A stretch of DNA of 64,000 nt from Heterodontus francisci (GCF_036365525.1 NC_090383.1:83565123-83629122); one strand, 5' to 3'. Shown: positions 24,726-36,915, counted from the stretch's first letter. Notes: a model not told the origin generated them from the sequence alone. Numbers and translations: made by a program.

Positions 24726-24874
24726 TTAGGGAACGAGGGCCATTTTAATAGAATCAGGAACACGGCTTGCATAATAGTCAAAATTCCTCAATGTTGCAAG
24801 GACTCCAGCTGAGTTCATATGCTTCACATCTTTATGATACTGGAAGGGTTTCCCATGAATGTCTGTCAGTTTAC
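24726..24874 (-). CDS. BPNT1: BPNT1 final coding exon ([49 protein letters not shown])
   Basis: tag|GT...TAA, 149 nt. The eight exons sum to 927 nt = 308 aa plus stop. Confidence 0.97.
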
Positions 24875-25379
24875 CTAAAAATAAAAATAATTACAATAAA
24901 AAACTTGCCAAACAATACAGCTCTTATCAATCATCTGGTTTCTGCTAATTTACTGAAGCAGTACCTTGTTGATGAGAGTCTTTTGTTAGATTCAGATAGT
25001 AACAAACAGTCTATATATGCTGGCCTACATACAGCTCTGCCCTTGGCCATTACATTTTAAATGTTTTGGAATGTGGATTGGGCACACCTGCTTTTGAAAA
25101 CTTTCAAAATAACTCAGTCTCTAAGAGACCCCTTCAGAAGTTTTAAAAATCAGACTGGACATCAAACTGAAACTATGCATTCTCGCACAAAGCGGTGCAA
25201 GATTCCTGCTGGGAATCTGACATTGTCACCCTCCAGAATCATGCATCACATGGACTGCAGCAGTTCAAAAAGGCAGTTCGCTCCACCTTTTCAAGGACAA
25301 TTAGGGATGGGCAATAAATGCTGGCCTGGCCACTAACACTCACATCCCAAAAATGCATGAGAGTGTAAACGCTACAACA

Positions 25380-25727
25380 GGGCGGCACAGTGGCACAGTG
25401 GTTAGCACCGCAGCCTCACAGCTCCAGCAACCCGGGTTCAATTCTGGGTCCTGCCTGTGTGGAGTTTGCAAGTTCTCCCTGTGTCTGCGTGGGTTTCCTC
25501 CGGGTGCTCCGGTTTCCTCCCACATGCCAAAGACTTGCAGGTTGATAGGTAAATTGGCCATTAGCAATTGCCCCTAGTATAGGTAGGTGGTAGGGAAATA
25601 TAGGGACAGGTGGGGATGTGGTAGCAATATGGAATTAGTGTAGGATTAGTATAAGTGGGTGGTTGATGGTCGGCACAGACTCGGTGGGCCGAAGGGCCTG
25701 TTTCAGTTCTGTATTACTAAACTAAAC
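25380..25727 (+). mobile_element. Full-length HE1-type V-SINE (tRNA head, V domain, CR1-derived tail)
   Basis: Pol III A box TGGCACAGTGG and B box GGTTCAATTC; V-domain GGGTTTCCTCCGGGTGCTCCGGTTTCCTCCCAC; tail GGGCCGAAGGGCCTGTTTC shared with CR1 3' ends. Confidence 0.9.
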
Positions 25728-25856
25728 GTGGCAGTATAACTGCATATCAGTGACTAGATTCATTTCAGTTTTCTAAATGTAAAAAGTCACTTAATCTACA
25801 CAAATTCAAAGGATCAAGACAGGACTATAAATAACGTCACTGCAAAAAAGGAAAAA

Positions 25857-26280
25857 AGAAACTTGCATTTGTATTGCGCCTTTCACAACCTCAGGCCATC
25901 CCAAAGTGCTTTATAACCAATGAAATACTTTTGAAGTGTAGGCAACACAGCAGCCAATTTGCAAACAGGTAGCTCCCACAAACAGTAATGTGATAATGAC
26001 CAGATATTCTGTTCTTTTAGTGATGTTAATTGAGGAATAAATAGTGTCCAGGACATTGCTCTACTTTGAAGCAGCGCCATGGGTTCTTTTACATCCACTT
26101 AAGAGCAGATGGGGCCTCTTATCCAAAATTAAGCACCTCCCAACAGTGCAGCACTCCCTCAGTACTGTACTGGAGTGTCAGCCTAGATTTTTGTGCATAA
26201 GCCTCTCGAGTGGCATTTGAACCTATAACCTTCTGACTCAAAAGGAGTGAGAGTGCTACCAAATAAGCTATGGCTGACAC
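25857..26280 (-). mobile_element. SacSINE1-like Deu-domain SINE with L2-derived tail
   Basis: tRNA-like head near 26200-26280; central CAGTACTGAGGGAGTGCTGCACTGTTGG...GTGGATGTAAAAGAACCCATGGC (minus) Deu-like core; tail matches L2 3' ends in this window. Confidence 0.7.
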
Positions 26281-27292
26281 TTCTTCTAACTGATTACCAG
26301 CTCATCCTTCTCAATAAACCAAGGTTTGTTGAGACCATGGCCTACGGAGCTTGGAAAAACTTTTTGGTTTTATCAAAATAACTGGTCTTTCAACCGTAGA
26401 CAACTACACCCAGAACATTATTCCAGCTCTTTCTATACACAATACCGAATGACACAGTGGAGAACAAATACATTGAAAGCAAGATTTTTACGTGACATTT
26501 TCCCCATTCAAAAGTTTAAAATACACCTTTCCTTTTTTAGATATTCATATGTAGATCTCAAGTGTTCTGATAAATATATGAAAATCTGTGATCTTAAATG
26601 AGCAAAGGTTCAACCAATGTTGTTAGTATGGAATAATAATTTAAACAAATTTAATTAAAAAGTTCAAGATTGAGCCATTTCAAAAAAGGTAAGCAGGTTA
26701 AGAAGTAAAATTTGAGGCTGTATAATGTTAGTATCATTTAAAATCAGCTATTGTGTAACATAAAATTGCATCAGCAAAGCCCCCACCCCACCCCCCAAAA
26801 AAACTACTGAACAATACATAGTAGTAATTTGTGGAATACATACTATTAGGGACAAGCCCACTTATCTAAACCCACAAAATTTTTGCACAGGTTTGCAACA
26901 GACAAACAGTAAGAATCCCAAATGTGTTTAACCAACCATCCAGTTTATGCCAAATAATAATCACAGCGTGATTTGCTAAGGGTTTGTAGAGCTATCTGCA
27001 GCAGAATGGGATGAACTCCCAGTGAGTCTATCCTCCAGGTCCCATTACGGAGGCAGTCTAGCTGGTCAACCAATAATACCATCCTGATGTTGTGTGGATC
27101 TATCTAGTTAGGGCATTTAATTTCAAAGTACAGGTAAAGTTGGCTCGAACATAAATCAATCCTCTTTGATAGGCTTGGGACTCAAATGATTAAAGTTGGG
27201 CAGGTCCCCACTACAGATTATATTTCCTATCATTAGTTCATAGATTTTATATTGAGGCTGATTCGGGTGTAGTAATATACAGAACTAGCTAC

Positions 27293-27398
27293 CTGAAACA
27301 GCATGAAGGATCGCCTCAGGAGCACAAGTGTCCCATTTCTTACAGCCAGGACTAGCAAATACATAAGCTGAAGCCTTCCCCTCAATAAGTTGTATAAC
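27293..27398 (-). CDS. BPNT1: BPNT1 coding exon 7 ([36 protein letters not shown])
   Basis: cag|GTT...G|gtagct, 106 nt; WD metal-ligand motif. Confidence 0.97.
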
Positions 27399-27485
27399 CT
27401 GTAGAAAAGAAAAGACAATTAACAAGTAGTTAACTACTTTGGAAAGGACACAATAAAGAAACTAGATGCCAGAGGAAATGGATTT

Positions 27486-28763
27486 ATGGCTGCATTTGCT
27501 GACAACTCAACCACTAGGTGGCACAGTACTTGCACCTGCACAAATTCAGGGTCTTCAACTGCAACATCAGTGTCTGCAATGTTCAGGCAGCTGCCAGGAA
27601 TAAAGATGGCGTTGCTCAATTTATCACAGGAAACGCTTACGGCTAGATCGCTTTAGAAAACTAACCTTACATTAAGCTGGATGGAAGCCCAGTAATATGC
27701 TAATATGTAGTTATAGGATACTAACTGTAATTGTCAGATCCATTTAATATTCCAGTAATCCTATTAAATACAAAAAGGAATTTTATAACTGAATTTCCAT
27801 GTTCTGATACTTTTGGAAGATACTAAATTGGCACCCCGATCGATGGAAAAGAAAATCGGGCACAGCATAAAATGTGCTGCCAATTTGTTATCGTGATTCA
27901 TTTATATGACTGACCAGGACTGATTTCACCCAAACGCAGCTACTAGCTCCCACCCCACTGGCCGCTCTTCCCCCTCGGCAACTCGCTTTCTCCCCCCCCT
28001 CCCTATCGGCCGCTTTCCCCCCTCAGCCACTCACTCCAGACCTCGCTGCTGCCCCTCACTCCCCTGCCCGATTGTTCCCCGCTCCTTGCCACTCCGCTCC
28101 CTGCTTCCCCGCCTCCCCCTCCAGCTGCTAGCTCTAGGCCGCACCGCTTCCCTCCTCTGGGCCACTCGCTCCCACGCTTGATCTTCTCCATGTGCCGAAG
28201 AAGCAAGAGGTGACAGGGCGACATAGAAGCGAGTGGCCGAGAGGAGGGAAGCGGCATGGCCAAGAGCTAGCGGCTGGAGAGGGGGGGGAAGCAGGGAGCA
28301 AGCGGCCAGAGAACAGGGTGGCCCGTGGGAGTGGGGAAGCGGGAACGAGCAGCCTGAGAGCGGGGTGGCGCGAAGCGAGGAACAATCAGCCAGGGGAGTG
28401 GGGGGAGGAGCAGCAACGTCTGGAGCGAGCGGCTAGGGGTGGGGGAGCACCGGGGCCTGGAGCGAGTTGCCGAGGGGGACAGCTGCTAGTGGGGCGGGAG
28501 CAAGTGACAGGATCGAGCTCCAGCCTCAAAGTCTTGCATTCAGCCACTCCCTCCAGCCAAGTGGGGGGCTGGATACCAGAAGACTCCTTATTGCGCATGT
28601 GCGAAGGACAGGCGCATGCGCGAAGATGGACCAGGTGCGGTTACGCGATGACATCATCCCGCGCATGCAGCACTTAGTCCTGGCAAGACGTAGGTTGCGC
28701 ATGTGCGCAGCTTGGAGCACTCTGATGAAGTCAGCTAGCCACTGCGTTGTCAGGAGTCACCTT
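27486..28763. mobile_element. Unclassified non-autonomous interspersed repeat, copy 2 (CTCF motif 27511-27524; NRF1-like GCGCATGCGC cluster 28590-28710)
   Basis: Ends homologous to 864-1572; subterminal inverted CTGACAAC / GTTGTCAG; internal inverted CT/GA-rich arms. Confidence 0.7.
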
Positions 28764-28774
28764 GTTGATTTATT

Positions 28775-28883
28775 CCGAAGAAGGGTCACTGACCCGAAAC
28801 GTTAACTCTGCTTCTCTTTTCACAGATGCTGCCAGACCTGCTGAGTGGTTCCAGCATTTCTTATTTTTATTATATATATTATA
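28775..28883 (+). mobile_element. Penelope pseudo-LTR mini-insertion beginning at the hammerhead core
   Basis: 13-bp direct repeat TTGTTGATTTATT at 28762-28774 and 28884-28896; insert starts CCGAAGA-A-GGGTC-ACT-GACCC-GAAAC-GTT. Confidence 0.85.
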
Positions 28884-29160
28884 TTGTTGATTTATTGTTC
28901 TTTGGACCTCTGACAACGATTTAGATTCATCCTAGATTGATGTCACTTCTATCCTAATTTGGCAAGTAAAATGCTTAAAAATAAATTTGTCATGTAACAA
29001 TGATTTTGTACAGTGTCTCCATTGCATTCACAGAATGGGAGAGTGGGAGTCTTCAAACTATCCCACCCTGCTCTCTGGCCGCTTGCTCCCTGCTTCCCCC
29101 CCCCTCCAGCCGCTAGCTCTTGGCCATGCCGCTTCCCTCCTCTCGGCCACTCGCTTCTAT

Positions 29161-30320
29161 AACTTTCATTTATACAACACCTTTAACATAAAATCTCAAC
29201 GTGCTTCACAGAAGCATAATGAAAATAAAGATGCCAAGCCAAAGGAAGATATTAGAAGAGCTGATCAAAGATGGGTTTTAAGGAGGATCTTAAAAAGGAG
29301 AGAAGAGGTGAAAAGATGGAGATATTTATTAAGAAAGTTCCAGAGCATAGGGCCAATAAAGGAGCAAAAAGGACCTGTGCATGAGACTGGAGTCAGAGGA
29401 GAGGCAAGTTCAGGAAGGTGTTTTAGCGCTGGAAGTAGCTACAGGAGATGGGGAGGGGGATGAGGCCATAGAGGAATTTAAATGAAAAGATGATGCTAAG
29501 TTTGAGACATTGACTAAAGGCCAAGGTAGGTCAGTGAGAGCAATGGTGATGGGCAAGCAGGGCTTCATGTAGGAAACAGACAGCAAAGTTTTGGATAAAC
29601 TGGTGGCAGAGGATGGGTGGCCGGCAAGGAAAGCATAGGAATAGCCTAGTCTGGAGGTGACAAAGGCATGCATGAGGGTTTCAGTAACAGTGACTGGCAA
29701 TATTAGAGGTGGAGGTAGGTAGTCTTTATGATGGAGAGGATATGGGGTTAGAAACTAAGCTGAAAATCAACTCAAATGAGGTTGCAAACAGTCTGGTACA
29801 GCCTGAGAAAGTGGTCAAGGAAAGTGATGGAATCCATGCCAAGGGATGAAGATTTTGCCTTCAGTTTTTCCAAGAGGAATGCAACTCATCGAAGACTAAA
29901 TGTTGGGAAAGTAGTTGGAGTGCTAAAGGAATGGAAACATAGACACGGTGTCTTCATATACAAATGGAAGGTGACCCCATAACTGTGCATGATGTTGCCA
30001 GAAGTAAAGGGAAGAGGAAGGACCTGAGGATGGATCGCCACAAATGACAGTTTGAGAAAAGAGGAAGACACATACTCTGGCTACACTCAAGTCAGCAGCA
30101 GTGGAAGCAAGTGAATGGAGTTCTGTTGAACTGAACAATACAAGACAGGTGACTGGAGAAGGTTGCTGTGGTTCACCCAGTCAAAGATTGCAGAGAGCTC
30201 AAAGAGGAATGATGCACCATTATTTTATGTATTAGTGTTTCTGTTTTTTAAAAAGACTATATTAAGGGCATCAAAAGATGGAGGATATAGAGTGGGGGTG
30301 AATCTATCTTTGAATCCCTT
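29161..30320 (-). mobile_element. Decayed L2 LINE
   Basis: ETLMHAFVTSRLGY motif (ORF 29410-29700); L2 tail at 29161. Confidence 0.7.
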
Positions 30321-30339
30321 CAATCAGGTTTCCACAGCT

Positions 30340-31600
30340 GCCATTGTACTATAACAGCTTTCAAAGTCACACATGAAATTCTGTGTGACTGTGATGAAGG
30401 TGAACTACTCTTCCTCATCCTTTTTGGCCCTTCTGCAACCTTTGATATGGTTGACCACATCATCCTCCTCCTCCACAGTCTCTGCACTGTTGTCGAGCTA
30501 GAGGGGACTACTCTAACTTGGTTCCTTTTTTGTCTATCTCGTCATAGCAAGATAATCACCTGCAATGGCTTCTCTTCCCGCTCGAGCACTGTTACCTCTT
30601 GCTCCCCAAGGATCTCTACTTCGCTGCCCCCTCCGCCACTTCTCATTTACATGATACCCCTCAAGGATGTAATCCGAAACATGTCAGTTTCCACATATAC
30701 GCTGACAACATCCAGCTCTACATCACCACTGCCTCACTCGGTCCCTCCGCTGTCTATAAATTGTCAAGACCACTTGTCTGCCATCCACTACTAGACGAGC
30801 AGAATTTTCTCCAACTAAATATTGGCAAGATCGAAGTTGTTGTCTTTGATCCCCGCCACAAACTCCCTTCATGAGCCACCGACTCCACCCCTCTCCTGGG
30901 CAACTGTGAGGCTGAATCAGGCTGCTCGCAACCTTGGTGTCATATTTGTCCCTGAGATGATCATCCAACCACATATCCACGCCATCACTAACAATGTCTA
31001 TTTCCAACTCTAACATCACCCAACTTTGCCATGCCAAAGTTCATCTGCTGCTGAAACCCTAATCCATGCTTTCATTATCTCCAGACTTCAGTATTTCATT
31101 CCTGAATGGCCTCCCATGCTCTTGAGGTAATCCAAAACTCTGCTGCCCATGTTCTTACTTGCACATGCCCCATTCAACCATAACCCCTGTGCTCGGTGAC
31201 TTTCACTGGCTCCAGGTTAAGCAATGCCTCAGTTTTCCAATCCCTCCTTGGCCTTGCCCCTCCCCATCTCAGTATTCTCCTTCAATCCCACAAACGTCTA
31301 AGATTTCTGCGCTCCTCTAATTCTGACCTTTTGAGCATTCCCAATTTTAAACTGCTCCAACTTTGGTGACCTTGTCTTCAGCAGCCAAAACCCTCAGCTT
31401 TGAATTCCCTCCCTAAACCTCTCTTCCTCTCTTTCCTCCTTTAACATGTTCCTTAAAACCTACCTCTTGGACCAAGCTTTTGGTTAAAGGCCAAGATATC
31501 TTTTTATCTAACTCGGTGTCAATTTTCTTTTGTAATGCTCCTGTAAGTGCCTTGGAAGGTTTTATTACATTAAAGATGCTTTATAAATACAAGTTGCTGT
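30340..31600 (+). mobile_element. Decayed L2 LINE
   Basis: SFHIYADNIQLY RT motif (ORF 30599-30874); L2 3' tail. Confidence 0.78.
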
Positions 31601-31849
31601 TAGACTATGTGGAGAATATCGAACGAGGCAAAAGTGTTCTTATTTAAGGGGTGTTTAAGTTTGAGATGATGGCAGTAGAGTAAGTCAGAAGAGCAGGGAT
31701 GGAATTGTGGGGAATCAGATTTAGCAGAAGATATAAAAAATTTTTTAACAGTAGCTGATAATTTCTGGTACCCGCATGATCCATAGCAGAGGAAGCAATT
31801 ATCAACAGAAATTCCATTAATCATCTTGGATTTTCTTTTTATATAGTAT

Positions 31850-32330
31850 AATAATACAGCACAGGAAGTCATTCAGTTCATTGTGCCTGTGACAACTCTT
31901 TGAAAGATCAGTCCAATTAGTCTCACTCCCCTAACATCGCAAAATTTTCCCCTTCAAGAATTTATCCTGTTCCCTTTTGAAAGTTATCCAATCTGCTTCC
32001 ACCACTCATTCAGGCAGTGATTCCACTACGCAAAAAAAAATCCTTGGCTGATCATGTCTCTGGTTCTTTTGCCAGTTATTTTAATTCAGTGTCCCGTGGT
32101 TACCAAGCCTTCTACCACTGGAAAAATTTACTGCTTACCTAAACTACCAAAACCTTTCATGATTTTGATCACCCCTATCAAATCTCCTCTTAACCTCTCT
32201 GCTCTAGGGAGAACAACCTCAGCTTTTTTATTTCCTCCACATAACTGAAGTCCCACATCCCTGGTACCATTCTAATAAATCTCCTCTGCAACATCACCAA
32301 GGAACGGACATCCTTCCTAAAGTGAATTAT
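31850..32330 (-). mobile_element. Decayed CR1 3' fragment
   Basis: Similar to other CR1 3' regions (58975-59500, 38955-39285). Confidence 0.55.
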
Positions 32331-32420
32331 AGAACTCGGAAAAAACAGATTTGGTAACAAATAAAATTCAAAAATATACCATCCTCAGTTATTCAAGTGT
32401 TGTGTTGCCTCAGCATGTAC

Positions 32421-32618
32421 CTTGTTGCCTGCTCCTCCAACCCTTATCACTTCATCAGCATTCATCGCACTGATGCAGTCATTTGCAATCTTGTTGCTGT
32501 GAGAACGGGTTGTGGTGATGATGTGTTTCCCTTCTGGTACTTCTCCCAATTGAATTCCAAACGCCCCAAGATTCAGAACCCCCCAGATGGTCCGACCAAG
32601 TACAGCACCAGCCCCAGC
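32421..32618 (-). CDS. BPNT1: BPNT1 coding exon 6 ([21 protein letters not shown]...TTTRSHSNK...RVGGAGNK)
   Basis: cag|GCT...AAG|gtacat, 198 nt; TRSH and GGAGNK motifs. Confidence 0.97.
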
Positions 32619-32769
32619 CTGAAAGAAAATAAATTTTCAAAAAGTGAGAAATTATACACAAAATTAGCATATTTTTTTCTGGCATATAACTGACATTCTG
32701 AAATTGATTTTCCACTTCACTCACAGCATAGAAAAGTATTAGAAGGTAAGTAACTCTGACAGCTATTTT

Positions 32770-32865
32770 CTTCTAAAGGGTCATCATCCTGAAACATTAA
32801 GTCTGTTTATCCCTCCACAGATGTTGCCAGACCTACTGAATATTTCCAGCATTTTCTGCTTTTTT
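32770..32865 (+). mobile_element. Degenerate Penelope pseudo-LTR fragment (second degenerate copy on minus at about 33296-33400)
   Basis: Homologous to 28775-28870; hammerhead core eroded. Confidence 0.65.
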
Positions 32866-33689
32866 AAGCTACTTTCTTCAGTTTTTTTTGGCTAGAATGT
32901 TCTGAAAAGAAAGCTCTGGTGGTCAATGATTGCTTCAAATGTCCCACATAAGCTTTGGTTTCTTCAAGCCTGAACAAATAAAGTGAGAGCCACTACTTTT
33001 GTGTTACACACAGGTATCATTTTTAGGGCTGCAACATTGTCAAAGGTTTAACATAACTTTCGGTGATGTTTTACCACTTTTTACCATCAACACCTGGAAA
33101 AACTGTTCTGGGCTTCCACTTGTGGATAAAAGATGCTTCAAACCAGCCTTGGGCCTCTATTTCCCTCCATTCAGCAGCACAACTGAGACTAAGTGAGACT
33201 ATTTTATATGTTAATATGCTATTTTGAAAAGGAACCCAGGGAGTGGAAATATTCGCATGTCATGGCCAAACATATTCCAGATGAAAGCAAAATTAAAAAC
33301 AAAATTCAGCAGATACTCCAATCAAATCAGCAAATGCTGGAAACACTCAGCAGGTCAGTCATCATCTGTGCAGAAAGAAGCAGTTAACATTTCAGGTCGA
33401 TAACATGTTAAAATGAGTTGGTTATCAAATTCCTTCAGCAACTTCTGAATTTATGAACAGCTATGCCAGAGTGAAAAGATTTGAGTAGACAGCAGGGTAA
33501 AATCTGGTGGTGGACATATTAATGGATGTTGGTGCCAAAAAGTCACTAGTTGTAGTAGGGAAGGAAAGAGTACTAATTGCATTCGATAGAATACAATCAC
33601 ATTACTCAATTATTGAGATTAGCAGTTTACCAGACAAGAGCTTGAATGGTTGGATTTAAAAAGTTGGTTAACTTTTTTAAAAATCATAC

Positions 33690-33781
33690 CTGATAGTTGT
33701 AATATGGCTGATTGATTACACCAGCTATTGCTTTGCCTTCATAAGCAATTCCAATCAGCACAGTCACATGATCCAAGAGAC
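33690..33781 (-). CDS. BPNT1: BPNT1 coding exon 5 ([31 protein letters not shown])
   Basis: cag|GT...CAG|gtatga, 92 nt; nearly identical to the human peptide. Confidence 0.97.
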
Positions 33782-34556
33782 CTGTAGATCAAAATATCAG
33801 AATTAACCTAAGCATAAAAATCACAGCCTAACCCAGCTACCTGATAGAAGGTAGAAAAACCTGGTCATGTTAGCCAAGAGGTCAAAGTCACCTTCATCAT
33901 GACATAAAATATCATTGGGTTGTTTCTTTTAAAATATAAAAAGTCTTCACTTCAGTAATACCTAGAAAAAAAATTAAATCCCCAAAAGTAGTTTAGCAAA
34001 TCTTAATTCCAATGAAAAACATAAAAGAACTATTTTGTTAGATGCAAAGAAGTGAAATGTCCTGGTGGAGAACATTTCCAACCTCTTCCACCCTCCCTAA
34101 CACACAACATTTAGTATTTGTATTCAACACTATACGAGAGGTACAAGCAACATTATGGCCTTTTATAGCATCCAATGTCAAGTTTCCTTCAGGTAAACTG
34201 CAGCTTGGACAAAACACCCAAGCATTAATTAACTTAGTTCCATCCACTTCTACAGTAGATTAAAGACTGAACTTCCGCAAGTGCTACATTTCTCTATTCG
34301 GTAATGTCTTCATGCAAAAAATAAAAAAAATGAATCCTGCCGCCTGAGAGTATAATGGAGGCAGGTTCAATTGAGGCTTTCAAAAGGGAAGTAGACTGTT
34401 ATCCTAAAAGGAAGAATATTTAGGGTTATGGGGAGAAGGCGGCGGAATGGCATTAAGTGAACTACTCATACGGTGAGCTGGTGCAGACACGATGAGCCAA
34501 ATGGCCTCCTTCTGCACTGGAACGATTCAGTGACACTCAAATAAAAACAAGCTTAC

Positions 34557-34605
34557 CTTCTGTGTATTCCTTCGTCCCATCAAGAGGATCAACCCAAACG
34601 ACTAT
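34557..34605 (-). CDS. BPNT1: BPNT1 coding exon 4 (IVVWVDPLDGTKEYTE-G)
   Basis: cag|ATA...G|gtaagc, 49 nt; catalytic DPLDGT motif of the inositol monophosphatase superfamily. Confidence 0.97.
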
Positions 34606-36123
34606 CTGAGAAAATGTATTAGATTATATAATGATTCTTCTGGATACAACATAATACAACCTAAAAACTTTCGCTACCATTTCCAGTTTTTCCCCCCCCA
34701 GTACCTTATACATAAATAAACCCAATTTTTACTCCGAGGTAGGACTGAAGCATGCTCAATTCGTAAGGTCACCATTTACTGCCAACGCATGACATCCCAC
34801 CTCCCATCACATCTGCCTTTCACCTTATGCACAACATGCAGAAGAAGCACATATCCTCACTAGCCACTCACAACACTATCTCAATCCTTTTGCAGTAGGG
34901 AGCGTAGAATTCTAGGAAGGTGCCCAGGACTGGTGGATGACCCCCAGACTTTGTGGGTGTGACCCTGGCAGAGGACACAGCCCTTGAAATTATCGGGATC
35001 AGAAACACGGTCAGTGATGGCGAGGTTGGTGAATCAGCAGAGCAGGGTGACTGATGTCAACTTATACCCACTTATCTCCCACAACCAACTGTGACTTCAG
35101 CCTACTTCAACATATCAACCAGTACGGTTAAGTGTTTCATATGCACATTTACATGTTCGAACCAACATTAGTAAACGTGCATATTTCTTCCTCCGTGCAA
35201 TTCACATGGAGAACACAAGCCCTGCCCACAGAGGAAGACAACTCCTTGGGAGAAACTTATACACCAAGGTTAGACCATCACACGATACATGCATTGCAGG
35301 CACATCGAATACGCATGTTAGTAAACTAGGTGGACTGGCAGTGGGTGGGTATCACAGCAAAAGTGAGCAGAGTAGCATGGTAGGAACAGAAAAGGAGAAT
35401 AAGTCCTGGCGGGCACCATCCTCTTGAAGCTCTGCTCAGTGGGACAGAGATGTACAAATTCAGGGTCCATCCACAAAAAGTGGGATACTTGAGCACAGGA
35501 ACAAATGTGTGAGGAAGTTCTGCCACATATTCTGTCCACAATGGCAGGGAGGATAGAGGAATCCATTTCCACTGTCTGTGGGGTTCTCAACTCTGAAATC
35601 TACCCTGAAGCATGTGGCTACCTCCAGGGACATTGCATCAGGGCCCTCACAGCAACAGCAACTGAAACTAGATCACATCATTGGTCCATGCAGATTAAAC
35701 AAGTGAAAGAATCAGAGCTACTTCTTCCAAAGCCAAGTATTAAACGAATGTCATATTTAAGACATGCAAGTTCACACTTTTCCCTTCCTTTGAAGTTACT
35801 TGCCTTGGATCTTCAATTAGAATGCCATATAGATCTGAGGCGAAGTGCCAATATTACTCCTCGGTCACCTGACACACCAACATTTCAAGCTGGACAGAAG
35901 AATGCCAGTTTCTGCAAATCCTTAACCCCTCTATCTCTTTTTTAAAAGAAGGTCTGCCTATCATAACCGGGAATTAAAACAAAACTTTAAACCGAGGCAA
36001 GAAACTAAGCAGCAATGAGCTGAAGTAAAACTCAACCTACCGACCTGCCGCCAGACCCTCTCATTAAAAAGTATTTTTCTGCATATGTAGCATTCAAGCA
36101 TTCTTAAACTAGTCACATTTCAC

Positions 36124-36231
36124 CTCATCTTCCTTGATGTGGCTGTACTGAGTTGGACAGGTGTACTTCAATACTTCATCAGATTGACCACTTTCAATTA
36201 AATCTTCATCTACTTCTTGGGATGGCAAATC
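36124..36231 (-). CDS. BPNT1: BPNT1 coding exon 3 (DLPSQEVDEDLIESGQSDEVLKYTCPTQYSHIKEDE)
   Basis: tag|GAT...GAG|gtgaaa, 108 nt, in frame. Confidence 0.95.
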
Positions 36232-36349
36232 CTAAAAATAAAATGCTAGAATTATGCAAAAACACTTCTACAAAGACCTTGCATCATCATATACTTGCTG
36301 GGGCATGATAGTGCAGTTGTTATCTTACTTGACCAGGTATCCCACGGCC

Positions 36350-36915
36350 TGAGATGTTGGTGAAACCACACGTAGAGTACTGCTTACAGTTTTAGTCTCC
36401 TTATTTACAGAGGGATATACTTGCATTGGAGGCAGTTCAGAGAAGGTTCACTAGGTTGATTCTTGCGATCAAGGGGATGTCTTGAGGAGGAAAGCTTGAG
36501 CAGGGTGGGCTTATATTCATTGGAGTTTAGAAGAATGAGAGGTGATCTTATTGAAACATAAAAGATTCTGAGGGAGCTTGGCAGGAGAGATGCCGAAAGA
36601 ATGCTTCCTCTCGTGGAGGAATCCAGAACTAGGAAGCACAGTTTCAGAATAAGGGGTGGCCCATTTAAGATGGAAATGAAGAGGAATTTCTCCACTCAGA
36701 GGGTAGTGAATCTTTGGAATTCTCTACCTCGGAGAGGTGTGGAGGCTGAGTCATTGAATATATTCAAGGCTGAGATAGACCGACTTTTGAACCATAGGGG
36801 AGTCGAGGGTTGTGGGCAACAGGCAGGAAAGTAGAGTTGAGGCCAAGATTATTGACTGGTGAGAAGGCTCGAGGTGCCAAATGGCCTACTCTTGCTCCTA
36901 TTTCTTATGTCCTTA
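36350..36915 (+). mobile_element. CR1 LINE 3' fragment
   Basis: ALEAVQRRFTR and RVVNLWNSLP motifs; (CTTATGT)-type tail. Confidence 0.8.

Noticed and set aside
25380-25455. tRNA gene
   Set aside because: A/B boxes belong to a tRNA-derived SINE head; there is no complete cloverleaf and the sequence continues into the V domain.
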